Source: Eledone cirrhosa (lineage: Eukaryota). From it: a stretch of DNA of 64,000 nt. Below, piece by piece: positions 1 through 12,959 of this stretch. The stretch covers positions 366,668,001-366,732,000 of the forward strand of contig OZ024743.1 in assembly GCA_964016885.1 (NCBI GenBank), given 5' to 3'. A model generated the notes under the pieces. That model was not told the origin of the DNA and made no database searches. It saw only the letters and a program-made list of their open reading frames with translations. The translations under genes were made by a program, and so were the position numbers. Each line of letters starts with the position of its first letter. The first letter of the stretch is position 1.

Positions 1-771
1 CCCTTATAACAGTTAATGATGATGCTGCTATGCCAGTCCTTTGGAACAACCCCATTCTGTACGACTTGGTTAACTATGCGGGTGACCATGGTGTGTCCCA
101 CCGTGCCAGATGCCTTCAGCATCTCAGCAACTATTTCCGAAGGCCCAGCCGCCTTACCCGTCTTCATATTCTTGATTGCCTTACTTATTATACTCCCCTC
201 GACTAACACTGCTGGTCCCTCTATTGGGTCGATATGGGGGAGACTGTCTTTCTCCCATTTATTCTCCTCATTTAGTAGCCTTTCATAGTGACACTTCCAA
301 GCTACCTTCTTATCAGCGTCGGTGATGGCAAGTGTGCCATCGTCGTTTAGTACACACTTCTCCCCGACAATATCACGGTTTTCCTTGACGCATTGCCTAG
401 CAATCCTGAACACCTCACGTTTTTGGTCATCGCGTTGTAGAAAATGCTTGAACTTTCTTTCCTCAGCTTCCCTTCTTGCTAAGTACACTTGTCTCCTAGC
501 TTCCCTCCTGGCCACTTGATAGTCTTCTCCTACTTCCCCCATCCCGCCATACTTTCCAAGCCTGCTTTTTGGCCTTAATTGACCCCTTCACCTTACTGTT
601 CCACCACCATGTTACTCTCCTCCTGCCTACAGGCCTGCTCCAGCCACAGACTTCGTCTGTCGCCAACAGCAGGTTTGCTTTCAGAAATTCCCACTCTCCC
701 TCTATATTGTCCGACTCTAAATGTTCTTCCTTACTGTCGAAAGCATCAAGTAATATGCTTTGAAATTTATT

Positions 772-773
<2 letters not shown>
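1..773 (-). mobile_element. RTE-clade LINE fragment (EN-RT linker to RT start), 5'-truncated at (TA)n
   Basis: Minus strand reads ...NMKTGKAAGPSEIVAEMLKASGTVGHTMVTRIVNQVVQNGVVPKDWHSSIIINCYKG, homologous to the start of the 7503 copy. Confidence 0.88.
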
Positions 774-819
<46 letters not shown>

Positions 820-909
820 ATATATAATATATATATATATAATATATATATATATATAATATATATATATATAATATATATATATATAATATATATATAT
901 ATAATATAT

Positions 910-941
<32 letters not shown>

Positions 942-1103
942 ATATATATATATATATAATATATATATATATATAATATATATATATATATAATATATAT
1001 AATATATATAATATATATATATATATATAATATATATATATATATAATGTATATATATATATATAATATATATATATATAATATATATATATATATAATA
1101 TAT

Positions 1104-1158
<55 letters not shown>

Positions 1159-1192
1159 ATATATATATATAATATATATATATAATATATAT

Positions 1193-1224
<32 letters not shown>

Positions 1225-1299
1225 ATATATATATATATATAATATATATATATAATATATATATATAATATATATATATATATATAATATATATATAAT

Positions 1300-1366
<67 letters not shown>
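774..1366. repeat. Interrupted (TA)n microsatellite
   Basis: About 590 bp of TA with periodic TAA interruptions. Confidence 0.97.
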
Positions 1367-1367
<1 letters not shown>

Positions 1368-1435
1368 CCCACACACAAACAAAATGGCGTAGGATAGAAG
1401 AAAGGAAAGGCACAGAAACGAAGAAAGAAATCCCC

Positions 1436-1480
1436 AGTCACTGAAGAGGTCACAGAGTGTGTGACGAAAGAACTATGACT
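1436..1480 (+). ncRNA. Candidate minimal type-I hammerhead ribozyme (Penelope/retrozyme-like)
   Basis: agtca-CTGAAGA-g-gtcaca/tgtgac-GAAA-gaac-TA-tgact. Stem I, catalytic core, stem II and a minimal stem III are all present. Confidence 0.6.
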
Positions 1481-1764
1481 ATATATATATAAACAACTAT
1501 CTGGTTGTGGAACCAACCAACCAACCAGAAATTTATAAATTTGTAAATTTATAAATATATAATAAATTAAATTGAAGTGAAAGCAACTGGTGCGTGTGTT
1601 TCTTATTGGCAACATGACCCTCCCAAAGTATAACAATATCGGTTTCAACACACGATTTCAGATAAAGAATCTTGCTAAACAAATTCAGAAACGAAATATA
1701 TATATATATATAATATATATATATAATATATATATATATAATATATATATATATAATATAATAT

Positions 1765-1796
<32 letters not shown>

Positions 1797-1798
1797 AT

Positions 1799-3334
1799 AT
1801 CATCATCATCATCATCATCACCGTTTTACGTCCGTTCTTCCACGCTAGCATGGGTTAGACGGGTTGTCCTGTTGTGGGCAGTGTCTGGTCGGCTGACCAT
1901 GCCTTGCTCATACAGGAACTGATCTGGCTTGATTTCTACAGCTGGATGCCCTTCCTAACACCAACCTCATTTACAGTGAGTGCTGGGTGCTTTTTCGTGG
2001 CGCCTACACGTCCACTTTACAGTGTGGGCTGGGTGCTTTTTTGCCGTGGCACCTCCACGACCACCTTGCGGTGGGGGGGGGGGCATATTGTTTATATGCT
2101 TCAGCATGTACCCATGGGAGGTCGGGTACCCTGTATTACTGCGTGACGCCAGAAGTCACGGTCGTGTGTCATTGACTTTGAGAGGTGTAGTTGGGTAAGG
2201 TCGGCTTTTATCACCTCATCCCAAGTCATCTTGGGTCTCCCCACTCCGCGGTTTCCATCAACTTCTAGTGCTCTGCACCTTTTTATGCAGCTGTCATCCT
2301 TCATACGCATCACATGTCCATACCAGCGTAACCGCCTCTCCTGCACGCAGCATTTGATTCCTCTTATGCTCAGTCTCTCTCTCAATTCATTTATGCTTTG
2401 TCGTTCACGTATATTACTGTTACACATCCATCGGAGCATGCAGGCTTCGTTTCTCTCTAATCTACGTAAGTCTTCCACCTTCAGCGCCCAGGTCTCACTA
2501 CCATGCAACATCGCTGTTCGGATACACGCATCATACAGTCTGCCTTTCATTCTGAGGGAGAAGCCTTTTGCAGCTAGCAGTGGTAGTAGTTCCCTAAACT
2601 TCTTCCATCCCGTTCTTACCCTAGTTATTGTACTTTCTGAGCACCCACCTCCGTTGCTAATTCGGTCACCTAGGTAGCAGAAGCTGTCTACTGTTTCTAC
2701 AGGGCCCTCCCAGAGATTGGTGGTACTTGTTTCCTGTGGCTGTTTGCTTGCTGTTTCAGCACAGCTGCTGCATGTGAATCCTACATTCTTAATTAAGCTT
2801 CCTGAGATCCCGCTACATCTCTTGTGTACCCATTGTTTGCATTTGGGGCAAAGAATGGAGTTCCTACCTACACCTTTCCTACATACTGAGCAAGGCCATT
2901 TCCCTGAGGGGATCTGGGTTCTGTTTTCTCGTCTACTTATAAGGACCTTAGTCTTTGTCATGTTGACTTTGAGGCCCTTTCTCTCTAGTCCCTGCTTCCA
3001 GGTTTGGAATTTATTCTCTAGTTCTACCATAGATTCAGCTATGAGTGCGAGGTCATCAGCATACAGGAGTTCCCATGGGCATCCGGTCTTAAACTCCTCC
3101 GTTATTGCCTGCAGGACTATGATGAACAGGAGAGGGCTAAGAACAGAGCCCTGGTGGACCCCAACCTGTACGCTAAATTCCTCGCTATACTCATTGCCAA
3201 TCCTAACTTTGCTGACTGCTCCCCTATACATGGCTTGTACCGCTTTCACAAGCCATTCATCTACTCCTAGTTTTCTAAGAGCCCACCAGATTACTGCACG
3301 TGGAACTCTGTCAAAGGCTTTCTCAAGGTCGACA
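1799..3334 (-). mobile_element. 5'-truncated RTE LINE (RT C-terminal half, Cys/His finger, 3' UTR, (ATG)n tail)
   Basis: ORF 2101-3249 with GVHQGSVLSPLLF, ELLYADDLAL and RLRWYGHV. Ends in a GAT-repeat tail; both ends sit in (TA)n. Confidence 0.95.
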
Positions 3335-3424
3335 ATAATATATATATATATATATATAATATATATATATAATATATATAATACGGTACGTCAACGCTTA
3401 TTTGTGAAACTGTTATATATTGTA

Positions 3425-3480
3425 TTTTGTCTGATGAAGGCATACCATAATTTTATTTGGTATCCCTGAAATATGTATAA
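3425..3480 (+). ncRNA. Hammerhead-like motif (degenerate stem I)
   Basis: CTGATGA-aggcatacca/tggtatccct-GAAA-tatg-TA. Confidence 0.45.
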
Positions 3481-3618
3481 TGAAATAAATATGGTTTTAT
3501 AAATATAGTTTCCATTTATTAATATTGTATATCTACTCCAAATACTTGTCGAGTGCTTTATATCAGTTATAAAAATATTTACTTGTTGTATCCCAACAAT
3601 TTTAAATAGAACTTTTGC

Positions 3619-3654
<36 letters not shown>

Positions 3655-3664
3655 ATAAATATAT

Positions 3665-3708
<44 letters not shown>

Positions 3709-4658
3709 GAAGGTGTGGCTCAGTTCACAACCGTAAGGTTGAGTTCGATTCCAGGACCAGGTGATGTGTTGTGTTCTTGGGCAAGACACTTTATTTCACG
3801 TTGCTCCTTCTACCTGGAGTTGCAACAGATAGAGAGTATTAGCAATATGAAAGACCAACGGAAACATTGTTTCCTCGGTCCGATTTGACGAAAATCATTT
3901 GACTGTCGATATATATATATATAGAGAGAGAGTGAGAGAGAGAGAATCACCTTTCAATGAGGTAATGAAGTTATTGAGTTTGGATAAGATTTATTTACCT
4001 CAGGCACAAATGTAATCTCATGTTCCTGAACTGTCCCTTTGTCTGAGAAAAATAGAATATTTCCACTCTTACTGATAAAATGGTAGCCCCAAAACATTCT
4101 ATTTCTCTTGTCTTCACAGTATCAGACATTATCTAAACTCATAAATTTCAGGGTATAATATTCACTGACAGAAACCCCTACTACCAGTTTCCTAGGAATC
4201 TGGATTTTAAATTTCTTATTATTTCTTTGAATTTGCAAAAGTACCATCTTCAATTCGGTATTCATGCCCAGGGTAATGACCAAAAGAATACGATTTCAAA
4301 TAGAAGCAGCCAAAATGACTCCAAGTAGAGCCATTACTTCACCAAATTGAGAGATTACAGTCAAATATTACAGGTATGTGGTCGGAATATTTAAGAAAAG
4401 AATTGCTGGACTGACTTTACAGGCAAAACCAACTAGTGGGAGACTAAGAAGGAGGATTGGGAGAGAGCTCTACATTTGGGTCTATGACCAACAACCTCTC
4501 TAGTGATGGTGCCATGAAAATGCACCCAGTACACTCTATATGGGTGGTTGGTGACAGGAAGAGCACCTGGCTATATATCATCATCATTTTACATCCGCTT
4601 TTTCCCTGCTTGCAAGGAATATATATATATATAGTAGGCACATGGAATATATATATAG

Positions 4659-5007
4659 GAGGCACATGTCTTAGTGGTTAGAGCATTGGCCTTGTAATCG
4701 AAAGGTTGTGAGTTCAATTCTCAGACCGGGTGATGTGTTGTTTCCTTGAGCAAGACACTTTATTTCACATTGCTCCAGTTTACTCAGCTGTAGAAATGAG
4801 ATGATAGGGACTGGGGTCCCTATCATTCCACTGCAAAAGTGGTCGCGGAGGTGCCACGGCAAAAAAGCACCCAGCACTCACTGTAAAATGAGGTTGGTGT
4901 TAGGAAGGACATCCAGCTGTAGAAATCAAGCCAGAATCAGTTCCCGTCCCACCCTTGCAAGCAGGGAAAAGTGGACGTAAAATGATGATGATGATGATGA
5001 TGATGAT
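4659..5007 (+). mobile_element. tRNA-derived SINE with RTE-derived 3' tail
   Basis: A box (cttagtggtt), B box (gagttcaattct), ccttgagcaagacactt core and tail cccacccttgcaagcagggaaaagtggacgtaaaatgatg. Near-identical copy at 36093. Confidence 0.88.
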
Positions 5008-5311
5008 AGTAATAATAATTATGAAGACCAAAATCCGAAGAGGTCTCGGTTGTAATGTTTTTTTAAATATTTGCTTCTGCATCTACAGATTGATTTTTCT
5101 TGGTTTCAGAAGATCCTGTAATAAGGTGAAAGCAGAAATTCTTTGCTTAAACTTTAATCTGTACTAATAATAAATAAATATATATATATAGAGAGAGAGA
5201 GAATAAGGAAAAGCGAAGTAGTTTCAGCGAAGTACGTTGAGTGCTTGAATTGAATTGCATCAATATTTACCCTAATATATATATATATATATATATTTTT
5301 TTTAATTATAG

Positions 5312-5458
5312 ACTCTGCAAGTGAAGTTCCATGGTCTGTTTGGTCAGTTTGTCAAGCAGATGGAATTCGTTACCGTTATAAAATCTGTGGAAAGACAGCA
5401 AAGCGATTTGGACACTGTAATGGACATAATGTAGAAATTGCCCAATGTTTCACACCAG
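5312..5458 (+). CDS. SEMA5A: Semaphorin-5-like, internal exon encoding last thrombospondin type-1 repeat
   Basis: tttttaattatag|...cag|gttagt, 147 nt, phase 1-1. Translates (D)SASEVPWSVWSVCQADGIRYRYKICGKTAKRFGHCNGHNVEIAQCFTP, a WSxWSxC..G.R.R...C...C.G...E...C TSP1 pattern. Splices in frame to 10238. Confidence 0.85.
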
Positions 5459-5662
5459 GTTAGTATATATATCTCCTTATTTTACTGATTTTAGTCACTG
5501 CATTGCAGACATGTTGGGTGTATCACCTTAAAAGATTTAGTCTTTCATATCCCCACCTCTACTTATTTCATCAATCTACATTTATCGATTGGCTAAGTTA
5601 AATTTTTGACAAAACACACATTTTAACCAATAGTGTTATGTCAAACCTGTAAACTTGGACAT

Positions 5663-5694
<32 letters not shown>

Positions 5695-5943
5695 TATTTT
5701 TTTCATTCCCATTTCCTTACCTGTTTACCACTTGTTTTTAACTTTTATTTTCCAACTAATGTGTTATTTTTATTTTTATTTTTTTCCACTAACTCCCTCT
5801 TGGAGTCCTCCTCCTCCTCCTTCCCGCCACTCTCCAGATGAAGAGCTTAATCCCGAAACATCGCACCCACACACCCACTCTCAATAAGCGTGAACCTAAT
5901 ACCTTTCGTAACTTGTACTCCTGTGTTGTTGTTTTTTACTTTC

Positions 5944-6001
<58 letters not shown>

Positions 6002-6111
6002 TATTGAAGTTTCCGTTGAAAATTGAAAAAGTCATAGGAGTGAAGAGTGCTCCATGTAAGTACCAGAGCTAAATTTAATGTATAATAAACAATACAATAT
6101 AATTAGTTCAT

Positions 6112-9100
6112 TACCAGAGGTTTCCTGAACAAGACGATTACAAGAAATGTCCTCATTCGTTCGTCAGACAAGGCAATTTAAAACAGTGAAATATTTGAAA
6201 AATCTCCTCAAGAAAGGCAAAAGTTTAACGAGCAAAAAAATATATAAATAAAAGTAATGCAAGAGATATATAAAAATAAAATAAGGAAATATAGTTAGGG
6301 TATGTGTATAAATGTGTGTATATTCACTCACAAATGTACATATGCATGTGTATAGTGAAAAAATGTGTGCGTAAGTACATATATGAGGGCAAACATATCA
6401 GTGTATGTGTGACCACAAATACGTATATAATATATGTTGAAAGAAATTGTAAGATAATAGAGTTAACGTACATCCAGGCTCAGGTACCAAGGATTGAAAT
6501 ATATACACATACAAGTATGAAAGCACGCGTATAAACACACACGCAACCACATACATGCGAGTGATATATACAGGGAAGGGAGTGTATCAGTCAAAGCAGT
6601 GTCAGGCTGAAGGTTGATACAGTTATAAAAAATATGAAAATGAAAAAATGAAAAAATATATGAGAATAAAAAATTAAATCAAAGAGAAAGTAAGAGGGAG
6701 GGGTTATCAATTATAAAGTAACACTAGAAAAAATAGCATACATAGGTTCGTACATACACATATATATATTAAAAAATATATATATATATAAATACGTACA
6801 CACATACAAAGGCGCGCATACATACACACGAAGCACATATATATATATGTACATGTACATCTAATCACACGCACACACGCGACTATATATATATATATAC
6901 ACACATATACATACACATACATAAATATATATATATATATACATATACACACACACACATATATCTAAGTATGTAAAAAACATAGATATAAAAACACACA
7001 TACACACACACGCGCAAATACGAATGCATTCGTATACATATACAAACACGCATACACATACATGCACGCTCACACGCATAGATACAATATAAAAACCAGC
7101 CGTATGAATAAATGAGTACAAATTATACGCAAGTAAACATACATAAAAGCGGCTGAGAGACAACAGAATATATCTGGAGTTGAAAATGCAAGTGACATGT
7201 GATATCAGGTAGTGAAAGAAAAGGGGGGAGTAATATATGTAAAATTTAGAAGATATAAAGTAAGTGAATCAAAAAGCAGGGGGGGGGGGGGTCACTGGTG
7301 GATGTGAAATAAAAATAAAGTTAAAAATAAAAATGAAAGTAAATTAGAAAGAGAAGTCTGTAAAGAGGGTAATTTAAGGAAAGTGAAGAACAAGAGTTTA
7401 TGGAGGATTAGTATCTGAAAGTGAATTAAGTTTATATGAGCTAGAAAGCAAGTGTGATTTTACAATTATCTTACAATTTCTTTTTCAACATATATTATAT
7501 ATGCCGGACCATCGGGAATAGTTGCTGAGATGCTGAAGGCATCAGGGGACGTAGGCACTAAACTGGTTGCACGCATAATCAATCAGGCTATATATGGTGG
7601 TGTCACACCCAAAGACTGGTGCAGCAGTATTCTCATAAATTGCTACAAAGGTAAAGGGGATGCTTTGGAGAGGAGCAATTATAGGGGTATAAAACTGATA
7701 GATCAGGTTATGAAAGTGGCAGAAAGGATTTTAGCACAACTAATTAGAGAAAGGGTCAAACTAGATGAGATGCAGTTTGGTTTTGTGCCTGGGAAGAGTA
7801 CAACAGATGCCCTCTTCTTGGTGAGACAAATGCAAGAGAGGTTCTTAGAGAAGAATAAGCCACTATACTTGGCCTTTGTTGACCTAGAGAAGGCCTTTGA
7901 TAGGGTACCCCGATCTGTCATCTGGTGGTCCCTAAGGAAGCTGGGTGTTGAGGAATGGCTTGTAAGGACAGTGCAAACTTTGTACAGAGGTACTCTCAGT
8001 AAAGTCAGGGTAGGAATGGAGTTTAGTGAGGAATTCCAGATACAAGTAGGAGTACATCAGGGTTCGGTCCTCAGCCCGCTCTTGTTCATTATAGTCCTCC
8101 AAGCCATAACAGAGGAGTTTAAGACTGGCTGTCCATGGGAACTTCTCTATGCTGACGATCTGGCTCTTATGGCAGAATCAGTAGAGGAGCTAGAGAATAA
8201 ATTCCGGCTATGGAAACAGCAGTTGGAAGCAAGAGGACTGAGAGTAAATCTAGCTAAGACAAAAGTGTTGATGAGTAGAAAAGAGGACAAAACCCTGATT
8301 CCGTCAGGGAAATGGCCATGTTCGATATACAGAAAAGGAACTGGCATAAATTCTATAAAATGCACACAATGTAGGTCCTGGGTACACAAGAGATGTAGCG
8401 GGATAGCAGGCAAACTAACAGGTAGGGAGAAATATGTATGCAGTAGATGTACAGGGAAATTAGACAGTAGAAGTCGCACTGATAGACACATTTTTCAAAT
8501 GCGAGAGGGCGCTATAGAAGTGGTGGATAGCTTCCGGTACCTAGGAGATCAGATTAGCATGGGAGGAGGGTGTTCCGAGGCCATAGTATCTAGAATAAGG
8601 ACGGGTTGGAAGAAGTTTAGGGAGCTGCTTCCTCTGTTGACGAAGAAGGGTTTCTCCCTGCGTACGAAAGGCCGGTTGTATGATGCCTGTGTGAGGAGCG
8701 CGATGCTGCATGGTAGTGAGACATGGGCAGCTACCGCAGAAGATATGCGACGGCTGGAGAGAAATGAGGCAAGCATGCTCCGTTGGATGTGCAGTGTAAA
8801 TGTGCGTGAACGACCCAGCATAAATGTGTTGAGAGAGAAACTGTGTCTGAGAGGGATAGAATGTAGTGTACGGGAGAGGAGACTGAGGTGGTATGGACAT
8901 GTGATGCGCATGGAGGATGACCGATGGGTGAAGAAGTGCCAGTTGAAGGAAGACGTAGTAGAGGTAGACCACGAAAAACATGGGCGGAGGTGGTGAGAAC
9001 AGACCTCAGATCATTGAAGCTCACGGTGGAGATGACGAGGGACCGTGACGAGTGGAGAGATGCTGTGCTGAATAAGACCCGTCCCACCCTTGCAAGCAGG

Positions 9101-9116
9101 GAAAAGCGGACGTAAA

Positions 9117-9147
<31 letters not shown>

Positions 9148-9468
9148 GTGGTCACACATACACTGATATGTTTGCCCTCATATATGTACTTACGCACACA
9201 TTTTCTCACTATATACATGCATATGTACATACACACATATGTACATTTGTGAGTGAATATACACACATTTATACACATACCCTAACTATATTTCCTTATT
9301 TTATTTTTATATATCTCTTGCATTACTTTTATTTATATATTTTTTTGCTCGTTAAACTTTTGCCATTCTTGAGGAGATTTTTCAAATATTTCATTGTTTT
9401 AAATTACCTTGTCTGACGAACGAATGAGGACGTTTCTTGTATTCGTCTTATTCGGGAAACCTCTGGTA
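6112..9468. mobile_element. Fold-back element with about 345-bp inverted arms; right arm split by an RTE LINE
   Basis: 6112-6458 is the reverse complement of 7465-7502 plus 9144-9468. The outer arm ends carry a hammerhead-like motif. Confidence 0.85.
7503..9145 (+). mobile_element. 5'-truncated RTE LINE (complete RT domain)
   Basis: 488-aa ORF with NYRGIKL, QFGFVPGKSTTD, FVDLEKAFDRV and LYADD. Frameshift near 8943; (ATG)n tail. Confidence 0.96.
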
Positions 9469-9473
9469 TACAT
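9409..9473 (+). ncRNA. Candidate type-I hammerhead ribozyme (inverted copy at about 6108-6172)
   Basis: CTGACGA-a-cgaatgaggacg/cgtcttattcg-g-GAAA-cc-tct-gg-TA. Intact core, 11-bp stem II and GUA triplet; stem I is weak. Confidence 0.55.
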
Positions 9474-9492
9474 TATATATATATATATATAT

Positions 9493-9617
9493 ATAGGAAA
9501 AGAGTCAGGACCCTGACGGCTGAGCTCCACCTGTTTTGACAGCTAGATCCAAACAGTTTGTATCTATCTGTCAAAACAGCCAGAGCTCAGCCGTTGGGGT
9601 CCTGACTCTTTTCCTAT
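9493..9617. repeat. 125-bp near-perfect palindrome (MITE-like hairpin)
   Basis: ataggaaaagagtcaggacc...ccaaacagtttg...ggtcctgactcttttcctat, with TA at both flanks. Confidence 0.9.
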
Positions 9618-10237
9618 TAACTACTCTACTATCCTAAGTATTGAGTACTCTGATGCACCTGGTATCTTACCACACCCTTTTTGTTATATATATATACATA
9701 TACAAATGAAAGTAAAAAGCAACAAACATGTATTATGGTGGTAAAATATTTGTATTAACAGTTAATACCTTGAATCAGAATCACTTAAAGTTTCGTAGAT
9801 ACAAAGTTACACATGATCTTTCTGATTGCTGTTGATTTACATAGCCAGGGGTGCTAAAGTGGCTGATCGTCATTGGATAATGTAGAAAGCTCATACCTAT
9901 TAGTCAGTTGATGTCATAGGCTGGAGCACTAATAGGTATATTGTAGCTGTGATAGAATGGAGGACATTCTTGATGCAATAGATAAGTTTAGTCTCCTTTG
10001 CTTTCAATTCCAGTATAATTTCAATAAAGTTTCAGTAAATGTTGTGAAAACACACTAATGGTTTAAAATTAGCAAATAGGGAGATCAGTCGATGCTAGTA
10101 ATATGAAAAATCAGCCATTTTATTAAAGAATAAACTTGTCAGTTACTGGTTCCAGATGAAAAAAAAGGTAAGTAAAGTAATTTCTTAATTTGATTGTATG
10201 TTTACTTATTGTTTGTCATTTTTTATCCTACTACTAG

Positions 10238-10638
10238 AATATGGCACCAGTTATGTAACGAGCGGCCAGTACCCATCATTTGCACTGATTCACTTGATCG
10301 CTGTTGCTGTAATTGGTTTCACTATTGGAGCTCTACTGACTGGCACCCTACTGCATCATATCCACAAATGCCAGAGAAGTCGTAAGCTGCGCATCACCAA
10401 ACAAAAGAACGAAAAAGCTCAATGCAACATCAACCACCATGCACCTTTCACCTTATCATCATCAATGTCATCACAAGCCAGTCTAGTCTATCTGAACAAC
10501 GCCCCATCCTGTCAACCCACGACAATCCCGCCACCACCACCTATCTCTAATAATATCAATGAGTTGAACATTAATGAGTTTGCTACATTGAAGAGAAATT
10601 GTGACCTGCGGACGAATCTTTCCTTGAATGACCTTTGA
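10238..10638 (+). CDS. SEMA5A: Semaphorin-5-like terminal exon: transmembrane helix and cytoplasmic tail
   Basis: Pyrimidine tract plus ctactag| acceptor, phase 1. Encodes EYGTSYVTSGQYPSFALIHLIAVAVIGFTIGALLTGTLLHHIHKCQRSRK...PPPPP...EFATLKRN...LNDL*. FALIHLIAV resembles the vertebrate SEMA5 juxtamembrane FNLIHLVA/FNMFHMIAV. TSP1 followed by TM is class-5 architecture; the A/B paralog cannot be assigned. Confidence 0.85.
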
Positions 10639-12959
10639 TCCCCTGATCAAGTAATAATTAAGGTGGCAGTGAGATTGTGATGCAGTAGGTTTGTTAGTGT
10701 TGTAAGTATACAGAGAGGAAATGAAACAAAATTTGCTTGAGAAAGTGAAAGGGTGAAGGTATTTAAAATATTTATATAACATGTAATGAAAAGATAAAGA
10801 GAGAAAGTGGGAAGGGCAGGAGAGATCTATTTATTCAATACTGTCAGAAAACATTTCTTTCTGACAAAGGTATCTACACAAAACGTTACATTTTTGTATT
10901 CTTCCCAACAAACCAATATATTTCTTTGGTAAGTTCTTTATACTTACAAATTGTCAACACAGATCGCCACTAGTTTTCTAGGATCATGCTGTTTATTTGT
11001 ATAAACTATATCACTCTCTAAATAAATAAATATTTCCTGGTTGTAGAAGCTCTCCAGGTTTGGGCTTATCCCAGTTTCCTGTGACGTTAAGTGACTGAAA
11101 CTACAAGATGTCCAGTCTGTCACAAGGTTAACTCCAAACTATTGCTAGTACACAATTTCAGTTGAGTGAACTCGCTGCCCAATCTCAGTATTGAATCCAT
11201 GACCTTACAATCGTGACATCAACATCCTAATCACTCAACCACGTCTTTCACCCCTTCACTCTTTCTTAATCTATTTCATTTTTGACAATCAACAAATGTC
11301 TCATTATCGTTAAAATTAAAATATATATAACCCACATTATGTCATGCTGATCTTGATTGTGAATTACATTGAGTATCCCACACCTCTGTGGAATACTCAG
11401 CCACATACATATTAATTCAATATGCATGTAGTTCAGTTGACCAAACAACCGTATACTTTTCCATTTTAATACTAAAGTACTTGATATCTGAAATGTTTTA
11501 TGGCATGGGGTTTGTAGGAAAGTATTTATGGAAGCAAGATTCATTGTGTGTGTTTGTATGGTAAAAGGAAATAAAGCCAGTCAATAATGTCACAGTTTTG
11601 GCTAAGAAATATGTCCAACTAAAAAAGTCACATTTTAACTACACAGGTATAAGAACTCCTCCCCATCCCCCAACAAAAAAAAAAACACTTAAATTCATGA
11701 AATAAATTCTTTAGAACACTAAGAATCAACAGCTTAGAAGTTAAGATCAGGATTAGGATTATATTGTATGTGTCTACTGTGACTTTTTTCTAGATTCATG
11801 TGTATATATGTTTATATGTAGGTTGGTATGTATCCATATATATATATATATATATGCGTGTGTATATAAGAATGTACATATGTATGTGTGGTAGACAAAT
11901 CAAAGAAAATATGATGGCTTTGCAGTGACACTGGTTTTAGAGTTATCCCATTTGTTAGGTTTCAAGTAGGATGTTGATATCTTTTGATAATGGTACACAA
12001 TACACTTTTTCTTTGGGTATAAATTTGTTTGTAAAGAAATGCCTGAACCTCACTATAAAAAAGTGTTCTCCTAAGTTGAAAATATCCAAAGTAAAACTCG
12101 ATAAAATCCAACATTTTCAGGAACTGATTTTCGTACCTCCCCATAAAGAGAAAAAATAACAAAAATAACACTTAGACCAATGTAGATTCTTTGTGGCCAC
12201 ATAATCGGCTACAAATAGCAACAAAATCTCCCTCAATTTTTACTCTTCTATCTAAAAAAGAAAGAACATATTTGATAATGATACACTATGTCTGAAAAAA
12301 AAAAGATACTGTAATATGCATTTGGACATGTCTGCCTAATTGCTAATTGGGGCTGACCTATTGTTAACCAACAACAGTAACATCAACAGCAATCACACAA
12401 AGGAACCATGTTCTTTCTTTTTTTTTATATATTTATATATATATATTATATATATATATCATTTTTTATCTCTTTTCATACAGTCATTTCGTCTTGGGTC
12501 ACAACACAGTATGCTCAGTTGTGCGTCAGCAATCTCTGGTATCTGGGTCCAAGTTCATAATAACGTCTATTCCATGGACCTTTCATAGGGCCTATTTATT
12601 CATTTATTATTCTTTTTCATGTTTTGCTGATTTGATATAGGGCGAAAAGAGCAAGAGCAAACATCAATCAAAAAATTATGTTGGCAATTCAAACAAGCAA
12701 CGTTGTGGCTGTTTACCTGACACTTTACGAGTCAGCCAACACCCGGTGCCTGCTTAAGAAACTATTACAACATTGTTATTTCAATTTATAAATAAATAAA
12801 CAAATAAATAAAAATATACATAATGCCATAAACGTGTGTACATATTTTCTTTTATTCTTTTAATGGTTTCAGTCATTTGACAGTGGCCATGCATGTGTAC
12901 ATCGTTCATATCGATTTGGTGCTTATTTCAGAGTAGTATATATTTAATGGATTTCTATC

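Noticed and set aside
717-1651. Ile/Tyr-rich ORFs
   Set aside because: They are translations of the (TA)n microsatellite.
2231-3469. + strand ORFs of 148 and 250 aa
   Set aside because: They are antisense shadows of the RTE reverse transcriptase frame.
4659-4735. tRNA gene
   Set aside because: The A/B boxes belong to a SINE head that continues into core and LINE-derived tail; no complete cloverleaf is evident.
10198-10237. N-terminal signal-peptide-like start of the 146-aa ORF
   Set aside because: It is the translated polypyrimidine tract of the intron; the real exon starts at 10238.
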